From the IMG/VR virus record IMGVR_UViG_3300045131_002929, positions 32,001 through 96,000 of that record: a stretch of 64,000 bases of DNA, one strand, 5' to 3'. The translations under genes were made by a program, and so were the position numbers. The notes beneath the pieces are model-generated. The model was not told where the DNA came from. It worked only from the letters and a program-made list of their open reading frames with translations, and searched no databases. Source of the stretch: a virus. Below, in pieces: positions 28,010 to 38,140 of this stretch (positions are counted from its first letter, which is position 1; each line of letters begins with the position of its first letter).

Positions 28010-31000
28010 ATGTCCAACAGATCCGCGTTCCTATCCACCGACACGACCCGGCCGGCCTATCAAAGCACGCAGCTGGACGTGGACCGCGCGCGCTCGGAAG
28101 CCGAGAGCCTGCTCAACATAAGAGCCGCTGGCCTATTCTGCATAGCCACCGTGCTTTACGCCATACCCGGCACGGGGCTTTTCAAAGTTCTAGGCGGCTT
28201 CTCCGCCGGAGTCATGACCGCCATGGCCGTGGCCGACGCCGGCGGCCGCCTGCCCGGCGCCAAGTTCACGCCGGCCTACCCGCCCGGCAGCCGCGTGCTG
28301 CTATACAGGCGCAAACACGGCGACCACCCCAATCTGCCCGACGCCCTGATCATCGGATTCCTGCCCGACAGCGCGCTGACCACTTCCGACACGACCAACT
28401 CCGGGCTGCGCCTGCGGCATATACACGACACGCCGCCACGCTTCCGCGCCGCGCCCAACGGCGTCTGGCAGACCAGGCCCGAGGTGAAGGCCGGCATGGT
28501 CAGCGACGAGTCCATGCGCGTGAACTACTCGCACGGCAAACCGCTGGACGCCGCCGACGGCGACTACATGGTCTCGAACGCCTTCGGCGGCGGGCTGCTG
28601 ATCTCCGATCTGATGCTGGCCCTGAAGGCGTCGCCGTCGGCCAAGATCGAAATGTTTCTGCCGGACTCGAAAGTCCGCATCACTTCCGATACTTTCGTAC
28701 ATGCCGGAATGTGCCACGACTTCAAGATACTGGAGGCCTTCGGCGGCGCGAACCGCTCAGAGGATTTCGGGTTCACGCCTTTCGACCTGCTGGGCCTGGC
28801 CCCCGGGGCCTCACTGAAGGAATCCTCCGAGGCGGACCTGCGCGACCTCCGGCTGTACCTCGACCCCGCGAAGAAGCCTTATGGCCATAGGCCGCTGGCC
28901 AGGGTGTCCCGAATGGCCGGGCCCGTCTTCGACGGCCTGCACGACCAGGTCTGCTCCGTGGGGCTGATCGGAACCGGCGGCGCGCAGGACGCCTACAAGA
29001 CCGCCGTGGCCGCCCTGTCGCTTAGGGTGGACGGGGTAGGCAGGCTGTACGGCGCCCGCGAGGCCTCGCTGCTGCGGACGCTGCTCATACCCGTGTTCGA
29101 CGAGAGCGACTTCAAAGAGGAGGTCGGCGAGTATCGCGGCAACACGACAGGCCCCGACGGCGCGCCCATAGCCCTGAACGACCCCGCGTACGCGCCTGCG
29201 CCTGAGACGCTGCGTATGAGCCCGCGCGAGGCCCTGGCCCGCGACGCGGCCAGGCAGACCAGCTCCGAGGACAACGCCGCGGAAGCCGCGGCCGACAGCG
29301 GCGAGTCGCTGCGGACGTTCCAGGCGTGGGGCTACTCCGCGGGCGAGCCCGGGTCGCCGGAAGACGTCACGGACCAGGCCACCGTCAAATACTTCGGCAT
29401 AGAAGACCTGCGCCAGCCCGTGTCTGCGGTGGACGCGGAAAAAGCCAAGCAGCTGGATGTGGACATAACGTTCGGGTCGGCCTACGCCGCGATAGCCGAC
29501 AACGCGGATCTGAAATGCCGCCTGCTGGCGAACCTCAGCACGAAATGGGACGCCCCCGAGGTCGACGCCATATTAAACGCCGCGAGGGCGCTCAGCTCGG
29601 ACCCGCCGGACGCGGGGGCCGAGGCGCGGACAGTCGACTCCCTAGGCTCCACCGGCGAGTTCCTGAAGTTCATGACGATGCCACCCCTCGAGGAGAAGGA
29701 GCAGCGCTACGGCGAGTGCGGCCAGGTCCGCACCATGCTGAACCCTTTCGCGGACTTCGCCAAGGCCACCGACAAGCCGAGCGAGAAGCTCGTGAAGGAG
29801 GACGGCGGCGACAAATTCAAGATCTATGGCAACACCTGCGGCGTCCGTTGCCTGGAGGATGGCTCCGTCGTATTGTCCGGCGGCTTCGGCGAGGAGATAA
29901 GGATGCACCGCGGCAACATCTACCTGACATGCCCGGGCAGTATATACATGCAGCCCGGCAAGGACTTCGTCGCGATGGCGCCGCGGAACGCCGTGCTGAA
30001 GGCGGCGGACGGTTTCGCGGAGGTCACCTCCGGCGGCGTGGTGAACGTGGCGGGCGGCAACGACGTCAACATCTGCGCCGGCATGACCGGCAACACCGGC
30101 GTGCTGGTGCTGGAGAGCAAATCGAAATGCGGACTGCCGCAGCCGGCCGACAGATGGGGCAAGGAAGGCGGATGGGGTGGCATAAGCGCCCAGGAGCGGT
30201 ACGAAAGACTGTCGATAGTCGACACGGAAGCCGCGGAGCCTTCGGCCGGAACAGGCGGCGGCGTGGTGATACGCTCCAACACGGACGCCGCGCTCATAAC
30301 GGACAGCCTGCTCGTGGACGGCCCCGCGGCGGACAAGCCGCCGAACGTGGAGATGTTCGCGCGCGACCTGCTGACCCACTCGAGGCGCAGCATGCACTAC
30401 CTAGACAAGAACGGCGTCATGGCCGTGGTGGGCAAAGACGGCACTTCATGCTCGCTGACGAGTCTCGGCATGGCACTTGCCGCCCCCTGGACCAGCATAA
30501 TGACCAACCAGATGGACATCTACGGCAAGACCTTGAACACGGCGTGGCTCGGCCGCGGATCCGACGGCAAGCCCTACCATGAGACCGTGACGCTGGTTAC
30601 GAACCCGAACCCCGCCGTCAACGTGGCCGGCACGCTGACGGCGCCCCATCTGGTGGACGCCTCGCTGAGCGCCGGGATGGACGATCTGAACGCCTTCTTC
30701 GAGTATAAGCGCAGCTTCGCCACGGAGGCCGGCCTGGATCTATCGCCGGATCTCGCGGGGTACAACGCCGTCCCGCTGGCCGAATCCGACATCCCCTCCG
30801 CGAAGAGCGGCGGGGCCTGGTCCATCACGGCATTGTTCCCATGCAGCAGGGCGTACGGCACGTCCACGCTTGTGTTCCCCGAGGCCTTCTGGCAGACCGC
30901 GCTGGCCGACTCCATCACATGGAACGAGCCGCAGATGCCCCTGCATGCGAACCTGCTCCCCTACAGCATGCCCTGGCCGGGGTACGACGCCTGGAACGAC

Positions 31001-31105
31001 CCGCGCTCCTATCAGTACATAAAAATCGAGGACGGCAAATGGACGACGGCCATGGCGCCGCTCAGGGCCGGCTATAGGATAAACGAGAAGTCGATGGTTG
31101 AGTGA
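28010..31105 (+). CDS. Putative baseplate central spike (gp5/VgrG-like) protein
   Basis: N-terminal OB-like segment (YPPGSRVLL...IIG) and beta-helix-like run EDGSVVLSGGFGEEIRMHRGNIYLTCPGSIYMQPGKD. Confidence 0.45.
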   Translation: MSNRSAFLSTDTTRPAYQSTQLDVDRARSEAESLLNIRAAGLFCIATVLYAIPGTGLFKVLGGFSAGVMTAMAVADAGGRLPGAKFTPAYPPGSRVLLYRRKHGDHPNLPDALIIGFLPDSALTTSDTTNSGLRLRHIHDTPPRFRAAPNGVWQTRPEVKAGMVSDESMRVNYSHGKPLDAADGDYMVSNAFGGGLLISDLMLALKASPSAKIEMFLPDSKVRITSDTFVHAGMCHDFKILEAFGGANRSEDFGFTPFDLLGLAPGASLKESSEADLRDLRLYLDPAKKPYGHRPLARVSRMAGPVFDGLHDQVCSVGLIGTGGAQDAYKTAVAALSLRVDGVGRLYGAREASLLRTLLIPVFDESDFKEEVGEYRGNTTGPDGAPIALNDPAYAPAPETLRMSPREALARDAARQTSSEDNAAEAAADSGESLRTFQAWGYSAGEPGSPEDVTDQATVKYFGIEDLRQPVSAVDAEKAKQLDVDITFGSAYAAIADNADLKCRLLANLSTKWDAPEVDAILNAARALSSDPPDAGAEARTVDSLGSTGEFLKFMTMPPLEEKEQRYGECGQVRTMLNPFADFAKATDKPSEKLVKEDGGDKFKIYGNTCGVRCLEDGSVVLSGGFGEEIRMHRGNIYLTCPGSIYMQPGKDFVAMAPRNAVLKAADGFAEVTSGGVVNVAGGNDVNICAGMTGNTGVLVLESKSKCGLPQPADRWGKEGGWGGISAQERYERLSIVDTEAAEPSAGTGGGVVIRSNTDAALITDSLLVDGPAADKPPNVEMFARDLLTHSRRSMHYLDKNGVMAVVGKDGTSCSLTSLGMALAAPWTSIMTNQMDIYGKTLNTAWLGRGSDGKPYHETVTLVTNPNPAVNVAGTLTAPHLVDASLSAGMDDLNAFFEYKRSFATEAGLDLSPDLAGYNAVPLAESDIPSAKSGGAWSITALFPCSRAYGTSTLVFPEAFWQTALADSITWNEPQMPLHANLLPYSMPWPGYDAWNDPRSYQYIKIEDGKWTTAMAPLRAGYRINEKSMVE

Positions 31106-31202
31106 CGACTGTAAAGCCGCCCCCGCTGTAGATTATATCTGGGCCGTCGTTTCGACGGCGTCAAGTAGCGAGTAGAGCAAACGAGACGAAAGGTAGGAGC
31201 CT

Positions 31203-31703
31203 ATGGACGGAGCAAGCGCGGCAGAGCAGGATATGAACGAGCGGAAGGCATGCCCGCGGTGCGGGTTGCCGCTGGCGAAGGACTACTCCGACAAGCCCTC
31301 GGCCGAAGACCGCAAGAACTACATAAGGGCGGTGCTCGGCGGCAAACGCTTCCAGAAGGAGTTCACCTTCTTCGACGGCGCCCTCAAGGTCATGTTCCAG
31401 GAGATGACCGGCGGGGAGTCCAAGAAGCTGTTCGCGGCTATCAGCGAGCTCGAGTCCGATTCGAACCTAATGCCCAAGGCCGTGCGCATGAAAATGGGAC
31501 TATGCACCGTGTACGTCGACAAAGGCGGCCAGCGCGCGGACACCCTGAACGCCGAAGTCACGCGCGAAAGCCTCGAGGCGGCCTATGACAAGGCCTATGG
31601 CAGCTTGCCCGAGAGCGTGGTGGCCACAGTCCACGGCGCTTTCGCCGCGTTCAACAGCATAGTCGGCAAGATCGGGGAGTCCTGCCTGGATAAAAATTTT
31701 TAA
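31203..31703 (+). CDS. Tail assembly chaperone (gpG-like)
   Basis: Upstream of tape measure; ends ...DKNF* on slippery A AAT TTT; N-terminal CPRC. Confidence 0.75.
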   Translation: MDGASAAEQDMNERKACPRCGLPLAKDYSDKPSAEDRKNYIRAVLGGKRFQKEFTFFDGALKVMFQEMTGGESKKLFAAISELESDSNLMPKAVRMKMGLCTVYVDKGGQRADTLNAEVTRESLEAAYDKAYGSLPESVVATVHGAFAAFNSIVGKIGESCLDKNF

Positions 31704-31737
31704 GTGGGCGTTGGACGAGGCTCGCGGCCAGCGCCCA
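31694..31737 (+). promoter_or_regulatory. Programmed -1 ribosomal frameshift signal
   Basis: A AAT TTT heptamer (31694-31700) in the correct frame, then stem TGGGCGTTGG/CCAGCGCCCA starting at 31705. Confidence 0.8.
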
Positions 31738-32035
31738 TCATAAGGGCTATATAGACTACGGCAAAATGGAGGCGTGGACGGTCAGGGAAGTCCTGCGCGA
31801 GCATATGGCGCTGGAGGAGGCGGGCCGCGAGCACCATCGGGACGCCCTTATGATGCAAGCCGCGTGCGGATCGAAAATGGCCGAGGCCGCGGACCGCTTC
31901 GTAAAAGCGCACTCGCCTTGGCTGCTGTCGGCGGAGAACGCGCCCAGCCCTGAAGAGGCGGCCGCGTTGAAAGTGAAAGCCCTGGAAGAGCTGTACAGGA
32001 CCAATCTGCAAAAGAAAGAGCAAGTGTCCCCATGA
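31700..32035 (+). CDS. Tail assembly chaperone frameshift extension (gpT-like)
   Basis: The -1 frame is open from 31700 (LSGRWTRLAASAHHKGYIDYGK-MEAW...) to the stop overlapping the tape-measure start. Confidence 0.75.
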   Translation, partial: LSGRWTRLAASAHHKGYIDYGKMEAWTVREVLREHMALEEAGREHHRDALMMQAACGSKMAEAADRFVKAHSPWLLSAENAPSPEEAAALKVKALEELYRTNLQKKEQVSP

Positions 32036-35000
32036 ACATGCACCCGGCAGGTCTGGCCGAGATCCTCGGCCCTATGTTCGCCCAGGCCATGGGCCGGCTA
32101 GGCGGCGGCGGCGGCTATGCGCCAGGCATGTTCGGCACAAGCCTGGCCGGCGCCGCCGCGGACCTGCTGGCGCCGGGCAATCCTGCGTTCCAGATGATAG
32201 CCCAAATGTACGGGCCCGAGATACAGAAGTCGATATTCGGCGAGAACATGATGGCCGGGTACGGCGGACCGGGCTCCACATGGAACGTCGCCACGCGGCA
32301 CATGGAGCTCGACAAGTACCGCCTGAACATGACGCTGAACCGCTCGTCCAGGGAGCAGATCGAGAGCTACAACCAGCAGCAGTACGAAAAGGCTATGATG
32401 GGGAAGTACGCCACCCAGGCCGACTGGGAGCGTAACAAGTCCACGGTTCTAGCCGGCAGGGGATCCGACCCGCACTACGGGGCCATAAACGTCATGACGG
32501 CCATGGGCGGCTACTCCGGCATAGGCATCGGGATCCAGAACGCGGCCCACGCCTTCGGCTACCGCTACGGGCCAGGCAGGGGCCAGCGCGTCACGAACGC
32601 GGCCGCGGAGTCGGACATGGTCGCGCTGACAAACAGCCTGCTGGACGACGCCTTGAACCGCGGCGCCGACTACGGCTCGCTCAACGGACGGGAGATAGGC
32701 GACGTCGCGGCCGACCTGCTGCTGTACGGGCCGGGCCGTAGAATGTCCGGCAAGCGCAGGCTATCCTCTGAGGACTCCGACCGGCTCGGCGAGCTGCGCG
32801 GCCGCAGGCGGCTGAGCAAGACCGAAAGCGCGGAGAAGCGTGAGATCGAGGAGCGCGAGGCCTTCAACGAGGAGTACAACGCCTTCGGCAATCCGCTGAT
32901 CGGACCGATGAGCATCGGCGACGCGAAGACGCGGATACAGCGGACCTCGCGCGAGCTATCCTCGCTGAAGGATCTGCTCGGCAAGGACGTCAACGGGATA
33001 ATAGCCCAGCTCAAAGACACCTTCGGCACCGAGACCACCAGCCTTTACGGCATTGAGCGGACCGGCAAGGCCTTCAACAGGCTGCGCTTCATGGGCGAGG
33101 CCGCGGGGCTCGACCCGAAGACCATGCTGCCGATCGCGCAGGGCATGGCGGCGCTCACCAAACAGCTCACCGGCACAAGCGCGGGCGCGCTCGCGTCGTC
33201 GCAGCTCGCCGGCGCATTGATGGCTAGCGTGCCGCGCAACCTGCCCGGCGTCAACCTGGAAGAACTCAACCAGACCATCGCCTTGAAGACGGTGGGCGCC
33301 AACGAAAGCGACTACGCGCGGACCATAGGCGCCGGCATAGTCGCCGCCGGCCGCAAAGGCGGGACCCGCGGAGTCGCCGAGTTCAAACGCAAACTCGCGG
33401 CCCGGATGGCTGAGGGGGCCACCCCGTCCATGAAAGATGTGGCGGCTCTAGCCGGCGTAGAGGAGAACCAGATAGTGTTCGGCCGCGACGCCAAGGCCGT
33501 GCGCGACCTCGTGGCGGAAGACCCTTTCGCGGGCCAGATGACGATGGCCTACAACGGCAACCAGATCATGAACGAGCGGCGCGGGATACTGCGCAGCTCC
33601 CTGGGGTCGGCCTACAAGGACGGAATGGAGAAGCTGCAGACGCGCGAGCTGGAGAAAAAGCTGATGGCCAAGGGCGTCCCGCTGCTCTCGCTCGGCGTCA
33701 TAAACAGAGGGTACGAGGCGCTGGCCCGCAGATGGGGCGTCCCGGGCGCCAATCCGGACGACCAGCTGGCCGGGATAATAGGCGCGGCCGGTCCGGCCGG
33801 CGCGGCCCTGATGGAGAGCGAGCGGAAGCGCGCGGTGGCCGACAAATACGCGCTTGCCGGCGGCGGCGCGCTGGGCATGCTCAAAGAGCTAGGCCCCGCA
33901 GGCATTTTCAACAGAAGCGCCACTGAAGCCCTGCGCTCCTTCGGCGGGGTGCTGGGCAAAGAGGCCGCGAGCGCCGCTCGCGGCGACCTTGAAGGCGGCG
34001 ACAAAGCTGTGCTGGAGCAGGAATACAAGACCATGGCCACCATGCGCGATTCGATGGCGGCCGGCGGCAGCCTGCGCAATTTCATAGACACCGGCGATTT
34101 CAGCCGGGCCGCGCCTACACGCCCGGCGCGTGGCGGCGACAGCCAGGCCGGCCGGCAGGCCGAATACATGCTGGCCGCCGCCCAGTCGAAGGCCACGGCC
34201 GCGCCAGGCCCGGCCGCCGCCGCCTCGGTGGCCGCCCTGGCCAAATACAAGAAGCTGCTGGCCGCGAACGGTGGCGACGGCTCTAAAGTTTTGAACATGC
34301 TCGGCGATTCGGACCATAAGCTCGTGACCGCAGCCATAGCCGCGGAGGTGGAGCTCGAGCGCGACGTCTTCGCATCGCCCGGCAAGACTACCGAGGCGGA
34401 GGCTACCGCCTACTTGACAGCCTTGCGGGACCGGATGCCGGACTTGAGTACCGAAGAAAAGAAACTGATCGCCGACATGCGGGTCGATCTTAAGACCGGC
34501 ACGACGTTCGCGGAAGCGCAGGCGGCCGCGCAGGCGGCCAGTCCTAGCGCTGCCTCATCTCTGGCCGGCAAGTCGGCCGCTTTCGCTAGGACCATCCGGG
34601 CTTTGAACACGGCCCCGCCGCCTGTGAAGTCTACGACGGAGTCGGCGCTGGACGACTGGATGTCGAGCAGAAGCGGCCTTTCCAACCTCGCGCGGACGTC
34701 GCTGGCCGCCGAGGATTCCGACTGGAACGCCAAGCTGGACGCGCTTGAGAGCGCCGCCGACCCGGCGGACAAGGGCGTCGTGCGGGCCATGCGCGACGCA
34801 GTGGCCAACCGAAGACCCGACGAGTCTATAAACGAGACGATTGACGGGGCTTACTTTCTTACGCGGACAGGTCGGCCGATACTCGATAACTTCAAAAAGC
34901 TGAACGACTCGCTCAGGGCGGCCGGCAAAGTGGACTTCGACGCTTCGAGCATAGCGCCCAACCCCTACTTGGCGGCCGAAACGAAAGAAGCCGAAAAAAA

Positions 35001-36318
35001 ACTGGATCGCATAGTCAAGTCCGCGGGCGGCTCGGCGGAAGGGCATGCCGCCGCCCAGTCCATGCTGCTCGACATCCGAGGCGGAGCTAGCGCGAACGCG
35101 GCCTTCCGCCGACTGGCCGGAGTACAACGCGAGGCCCTGGCGGACACGGAGCGGCAGCTCGGCGGCAAGGGGTTTCTGTTCCAAGGCGGCGACGAGCCTT
35201 TCATAGGCATGACGCCTGAGGAGCTGGACGAACTGGGCGCCGCGGCCGCGGCGGGCAACGCGGACGCCCAGCAATTGAAAGACTATGTCGAAGCGCGCCT
35301 TAGCGTGCGCGGCGGCCTGGACAAGATGAATCTGTCGCGTGGATCCATGCAGAAACTGCGTGCGGACACGCGGGCGGCGTACGCCCGCAAAGCCGGAGCC
35401 TACGGCGCGGCGGCCAACCGCGACATAAGGGCGCGGGTGGCGACCAAGATGCTCGGCGACGCGGAGGCCGGCACGGACATAGGCGGCCAGCGCTTCGTCA
35501 ACATGTCAAGCGACAAGTCATCATACCTGGAGGCCGTCAACTCGCTGAGCTCGGGCAACAAAGGCAAACGCAGAAACAGACTAGGTCAGCTGGAAGACAT
35601 AACCTGGCGCACCTTCGGGCCGGGCAACACCATAAAGACCCACACCGCCGCCGAGCTCGAGCCGGAGATGCGCAGGCAGGTGGCCGAGGCCATAAGCGGC
35701 GAGGCCTACTTCAGATCAGGGCTGGATTCCGACACCGAGTTCAAAAAACCGGGCGACATGACCTACGACGCGCGCGAGGCCGCCTCGAAGCTGGCCTACG
35801 AGGATATAATGGGCAACGCCTCGTACGAATCCATGCGGGCCCAGGGCCGCGACACGGCCAAAGGCGGCGAGCAGGCGATCAAAGGCGACGCCACGGGCGA
35901 CATATTCAACGGCGCCAAGGGCGACGAGTACAGGACTAAGATAGAGAAGGCCCAGGCGGCCGGCAAATGGGAGGAGGTGTCCAGTCTAATGCTGGAGGCC
36001 CAGGCCAAAGGCGCGCTGGGCGGCGGGGAGTTCCTTACGGCCGACCAGATTAAAGAAGAAGAGCAAAAGATCAAAGTGGCCGACGACACGCTTAGGCGCA
36101 GCTCCGCGCCAGACGCCGCGCGCAAAGCAGCGCAGAACGAGAAGAGCAAGGCCAAGGAGAAGCTGCAGCAGAACCAAGAGGCGCAGGACAAGTTCAAATC
36201 GGCGGCCAAGGAGATCGGCGACGCCAACAAGATGAGCCTGGAGCGCATGGTGCAGAAATTGGTGGAATACGTCAGCAAATTCATGACCGACGGGATGCCC
36301 GTGAAGCCCGCCCCTTGA
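32032..36318 (+). CDS. Tail tape measure protein
   Basis: 1428 aa, Ala/Gly-rich and helical, immediately after the frameshifted chaperone. Confidence 0.8.
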   Translation: MNMHPAGLAEILGPMFAQAMGRLGGGGGYAPGMFGTSLAGAAADLLAPGNPAFQMIAQMYGPEIQKSIFGENMMAGYGGPGSTWNVATRHMELDKYRLNMTLNRSSREQIESYNQQQYEKAMMGKYATQADWERNKSTVLAGRGSDPHYGAINVMTAMGGYSGIGIGIQNAAHAFGYRYGPGRGQRVTNAAAESDMVALTNSLLDDALNRGADYGSLNGREIGDVAADLLLYGPGRRMSGKRRLSSEDSDRLGELRGRRRLSKTESAEKREIEEREAFNEEYNAFGNPLIGPMSIGDAKTRIQRTSRELSSLKDLLGKDVNGIIAQLKDTFGTETTSLYGIERTGKAFNRLRFMGEAAGLDPKTMLPIAQGMAALTKQLTGTSAGALASSQLAGALMASVPRNLPGVNLEELNQTIALKTVGANESDYARTIGAGIVAAGRKGGTRGVAEFKRKLAARMAEGATPSMKDVAALAGVEENQIVFGRDAKAVRDLVAEDPFAGQMTMAYNGNQIMNERRGILRSSLGSAYKDGMEKLQTRELEKKLMAKGVPLLSLGVINRGYEALARRWGVPGANPDDQLAGIIGAAGPAGAALMESERKRAVADKYALAGGGALGMLKELGPAGIFNRSATEALRSFGGVLGKEAASAARGDLEGGDKAVLEQEYKTMATMRDSMAAGGSLRNFIDTGDFSRAAPTRPARGGDSQAGRQAEYMLAAAQSKATAAPGPAAAASVAALAKYKKLLAANGGDGSKVLNMLGDSDHKLVTAAIAAEVELERDVFASPGKTTEAEATAYLTALRDRMPDLSTEEKKLIADMRVDLKTGTTFAEAQAAAQAASPSAASSLAGKSAAFARTIRALNTAPPPVKSTTESALDDWMSSRSGLSNLARTSLAAEDSDWNAKLDALESAADPADKGVVRAMRDAVANRRPDESINETIDGAYFLTRTGRPILDNFKKLNDSLRAAGKVDFDASSIAPNPYLAAETKEAEKKLDRIVKSAGGSAEGHAAAQSMLLDIRGGASANAAFRRLAGVQREALADTERQLGGKGFLFQGGDEPFIGMTPEELDELGAAAAAGNADAQQLKDYVEARLSVRGGLDKMNLSRGSMQKLRADTRAAYARKAGAYGAAANRDIRARVATKMLGDAEAGTDIGGQRFVNMSSDKSSYLEAVNSLSSGNKGKRRNRLGQLEDITWRTFGPGNTIKTHTAAELEPEMRRQVAEAISGEAYFRSGLDSDTEFKKPGDMTYDAREAASKLAYEDIMGNASYESMRAQGRDTAKGGEQAIKGDATGDIFNGAKGDEYRTKIEKAQAAGKWEEVSSLMLEAQAKGALGGGEFLTADQIKEEEQKIKVADDTLRRSSAPDAARKAAQNEKSKAKEKLQQNQEAQDKFKSAAKEIGDANKMSLERMVQKLVEYVSKFMTDGMPVKPAP

Positions 36319-36340
36319 AAACATCCAGCTAAGGCCGGAC

Positions 36341-36922
36341 ATGTCGAATCTGACAAGGCTTTTCTGCGCGCCGCGCATATGCTCGTTCGAGTACTTGGAC
36401 GATGGCGCCGCGCCTATGCAGGTGTTGTCGCTGACCACCGACGCCTCGGACGACAGGGTGGACCTGCTGGTCTCGGAATACCAGTCCAACCTGAGCGTGA
36501 TCCACCAGCTGAGCTACTCCTTCGACAACTACGCCTACGCCTTCGTGTTCGGCGACAGGCCCACGACCTACGAGATATCCGCCGTCGTCTTTCCCGACGT
36601 CTTCGTATGCCCGGCGGCCACTAAGAAGCGGACCAAGCCCGGCAAGCCGGAGAGCGCCAAAGACAAGGATCCCATATACCTGGACTTCGTGCACGCGTTC
36701 TTCGAGGACCACAAGCTGAAAACGGGGAACGTGAACCCATCGCCGGTCTACGCCACTGTGGGCGCCATGTATGCGGGCTCCGGGACCAACGCCAAGACCA
36801 TAAAGGGCTATATAGTGTCGTACGAGATATCGGCGGCGCCCGAGGACTCCATGCGGGCCGACGTCAAATTCACGATGCTCGGCTTCCTGAACTCACGCGA
36901 CCAGTACGACGCGAAAGACTAA
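36341..36922 (+). CDS. Putative tube-initiator/baseplate protein, paralogue 1
   Basis: Follows tape measure; shares HQxxYSFDNxAYxxxFG(D/E)R and PEDSM motifs with the next gene. Confidence 0.55.
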   Translation: MSNLTRLFCAPRICSFEYLDDGAAPMQVLSLTTDASDDRVDLLVSEYQSNLSVIHQLSYSFDNYAYAFVFGDRPTTYEISAVVFPDVFVCPAATKKRTKPGKPESAKDKDPIYLDFVHAFFEDHKLKTGNVNPSPVYATVGAMYAGSGTNAKTIKGYIVSYEISAAPEDSMRADVKFTMLGFLNSRDQYDAKD

Positions 36923-36924
36923 AA

Positions 36925-37455
36925 ATGGCTAAAGCTGAAACGAATCTGAATCTATTCGCGAAGCCTTGGGTGGGCGGTTTCTTCAACGCCGACCCTGACG
37001 AGCCTTCGTCGGCGGCCTCGCTGATGACCGTGACGGACGGCGGCCTGGACGGAACGACGAACGGCGCGAGCCTTAACCTGATCTTCTCCTCGCTCAAGAC
37101 GTCCACGGACGTCATGCACCAGGCCCACTACTCCTTCGACAACGACGCCTATGTCCTCACTTTCGGAGAGCGGCTCGGAGTCTATGAGGTCAGCGCCACG
37201 ACTTTCCCGACCGATAAGCTATGCGACGGGGCGGCCAAAGATATAAAATATGTGCAAGGCATGTTCAGCCGCCATAAGCTGAAAGGCGTGTTCAACGAGC
37301 CGGGCGCTGATAACTCGCAGCCGCGCATGGTGCGTTTGAACCTAGGCTCTAAGACGATCCTCGGTTATTTCATCTCCTTCCACACGTCGGCCATTCCCGA
37401 GGATTCTATGGCCATACAGGTCCATTTCACTCTAGTCGGCTATGTAAAGAAGTAG
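36925..37455 (+). CDS. Putative tube-initiator/baseplate protein, paralogue 2
   Basis: Shares the same two motif blocks with 36341-36922. Confidence 0.55.
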   Translation: MAKAETNLNLFAKPWVGGFFNADPDEPSSAASLMTVTDGGLDGTTNGASLNLIFSSLKTSTDVMHQAHYSFDNDAYVLTFGERLGVYEVSATTFPTDKLCDGAAKDIKYVQGMFSRHKLKGVFNEPGADNSQPRMVRLNLGSKTILGYFISFHTSAIPEDSMAIQVHFTLVGYVKK

Positions 37456-37463
37456 GTTGCGCG

Positions 37464-38138
37464 ATGGAATGCAAAGTCAACAGGCTCTTTTCGGTTCTCG
37501 CCCGCGGCGGCCGCTCGCCTTACGGCAGGGAGGTCTGCGGCAGGGTCGAGGCCGACGATAGATTCGAAGCGGTGCTCGCGGCCGCCTGCCCCGCGGGCGA
37601 GCCCGCCTACCAGGCTTTCTGCGCGGACCAGGCCGTCCAGGCCGCCGCCGGCAGCTACCTGGCGGGGCGGCTGCGGGAGCTGGATCCCGTGAACACCTAC
37701 GCCTTCCCGTTGCGGCATGCGTGGGCCGCGGAGGTCGACTGCGCTTCCGCGTCGGCCCGCGTGAGTCTGAACGCCGGCCCTAGGTCGTGGGTGGCCGGGG
37801 AGTTGCGGGCGCGGGCCAACCAGGCCCTCGGCCTGGTATACGCGAGCTGGCGCGGGCCTGAGCGCGCCGAGCCCTGCGCCCTGGCCGAAGGCTCGGCGGC
37901 GTTCAACGTGGCCGGGCTGGGCCGCGTGGAGCTGGCCGGCTGGGACTACGCCCCGCTGACCGTGTCGATAACGGCCCCCTTCGAAAGGGAGCTGACCGAG
38001 CTGGAAGCCGCTCTCCGCTCAAAGCCGATGCCTTGGCATACGCCCGAGCTGCGCGAGGCCTTCGACTCCAAATTCGAGCTGCGCGATAGGGTGGCCGCGG
38101 CCGTTCTGAACATTCTCATGGAACACAAGGGGGCCTGA
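37464..38138 (+). CDS. Hypothetical protein in tail operon
   Basis: 224 aa, contiguous with neighbours. Confidence 0.6.
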   Translation: MECKVNRLFSVLARGGRSPYGREVCGRVEADDRFEAVLAAACPAGEPAYQAFCADQAVQAAAGSYLAGRLRELDPVNTYAFPLRHAWAAEVDCASASARVSLNAGPRSWVAGELRARANQALGLVYASWRGPERAEPCALAEGSAAFNVAGLGRVELAGWDYAPLTVSITAPFERELTELEAALRSKPMPWHTPELREAFDSKFELRDRVAAAVLNILMEHKGA

Positions 38139-38140
38139 TC

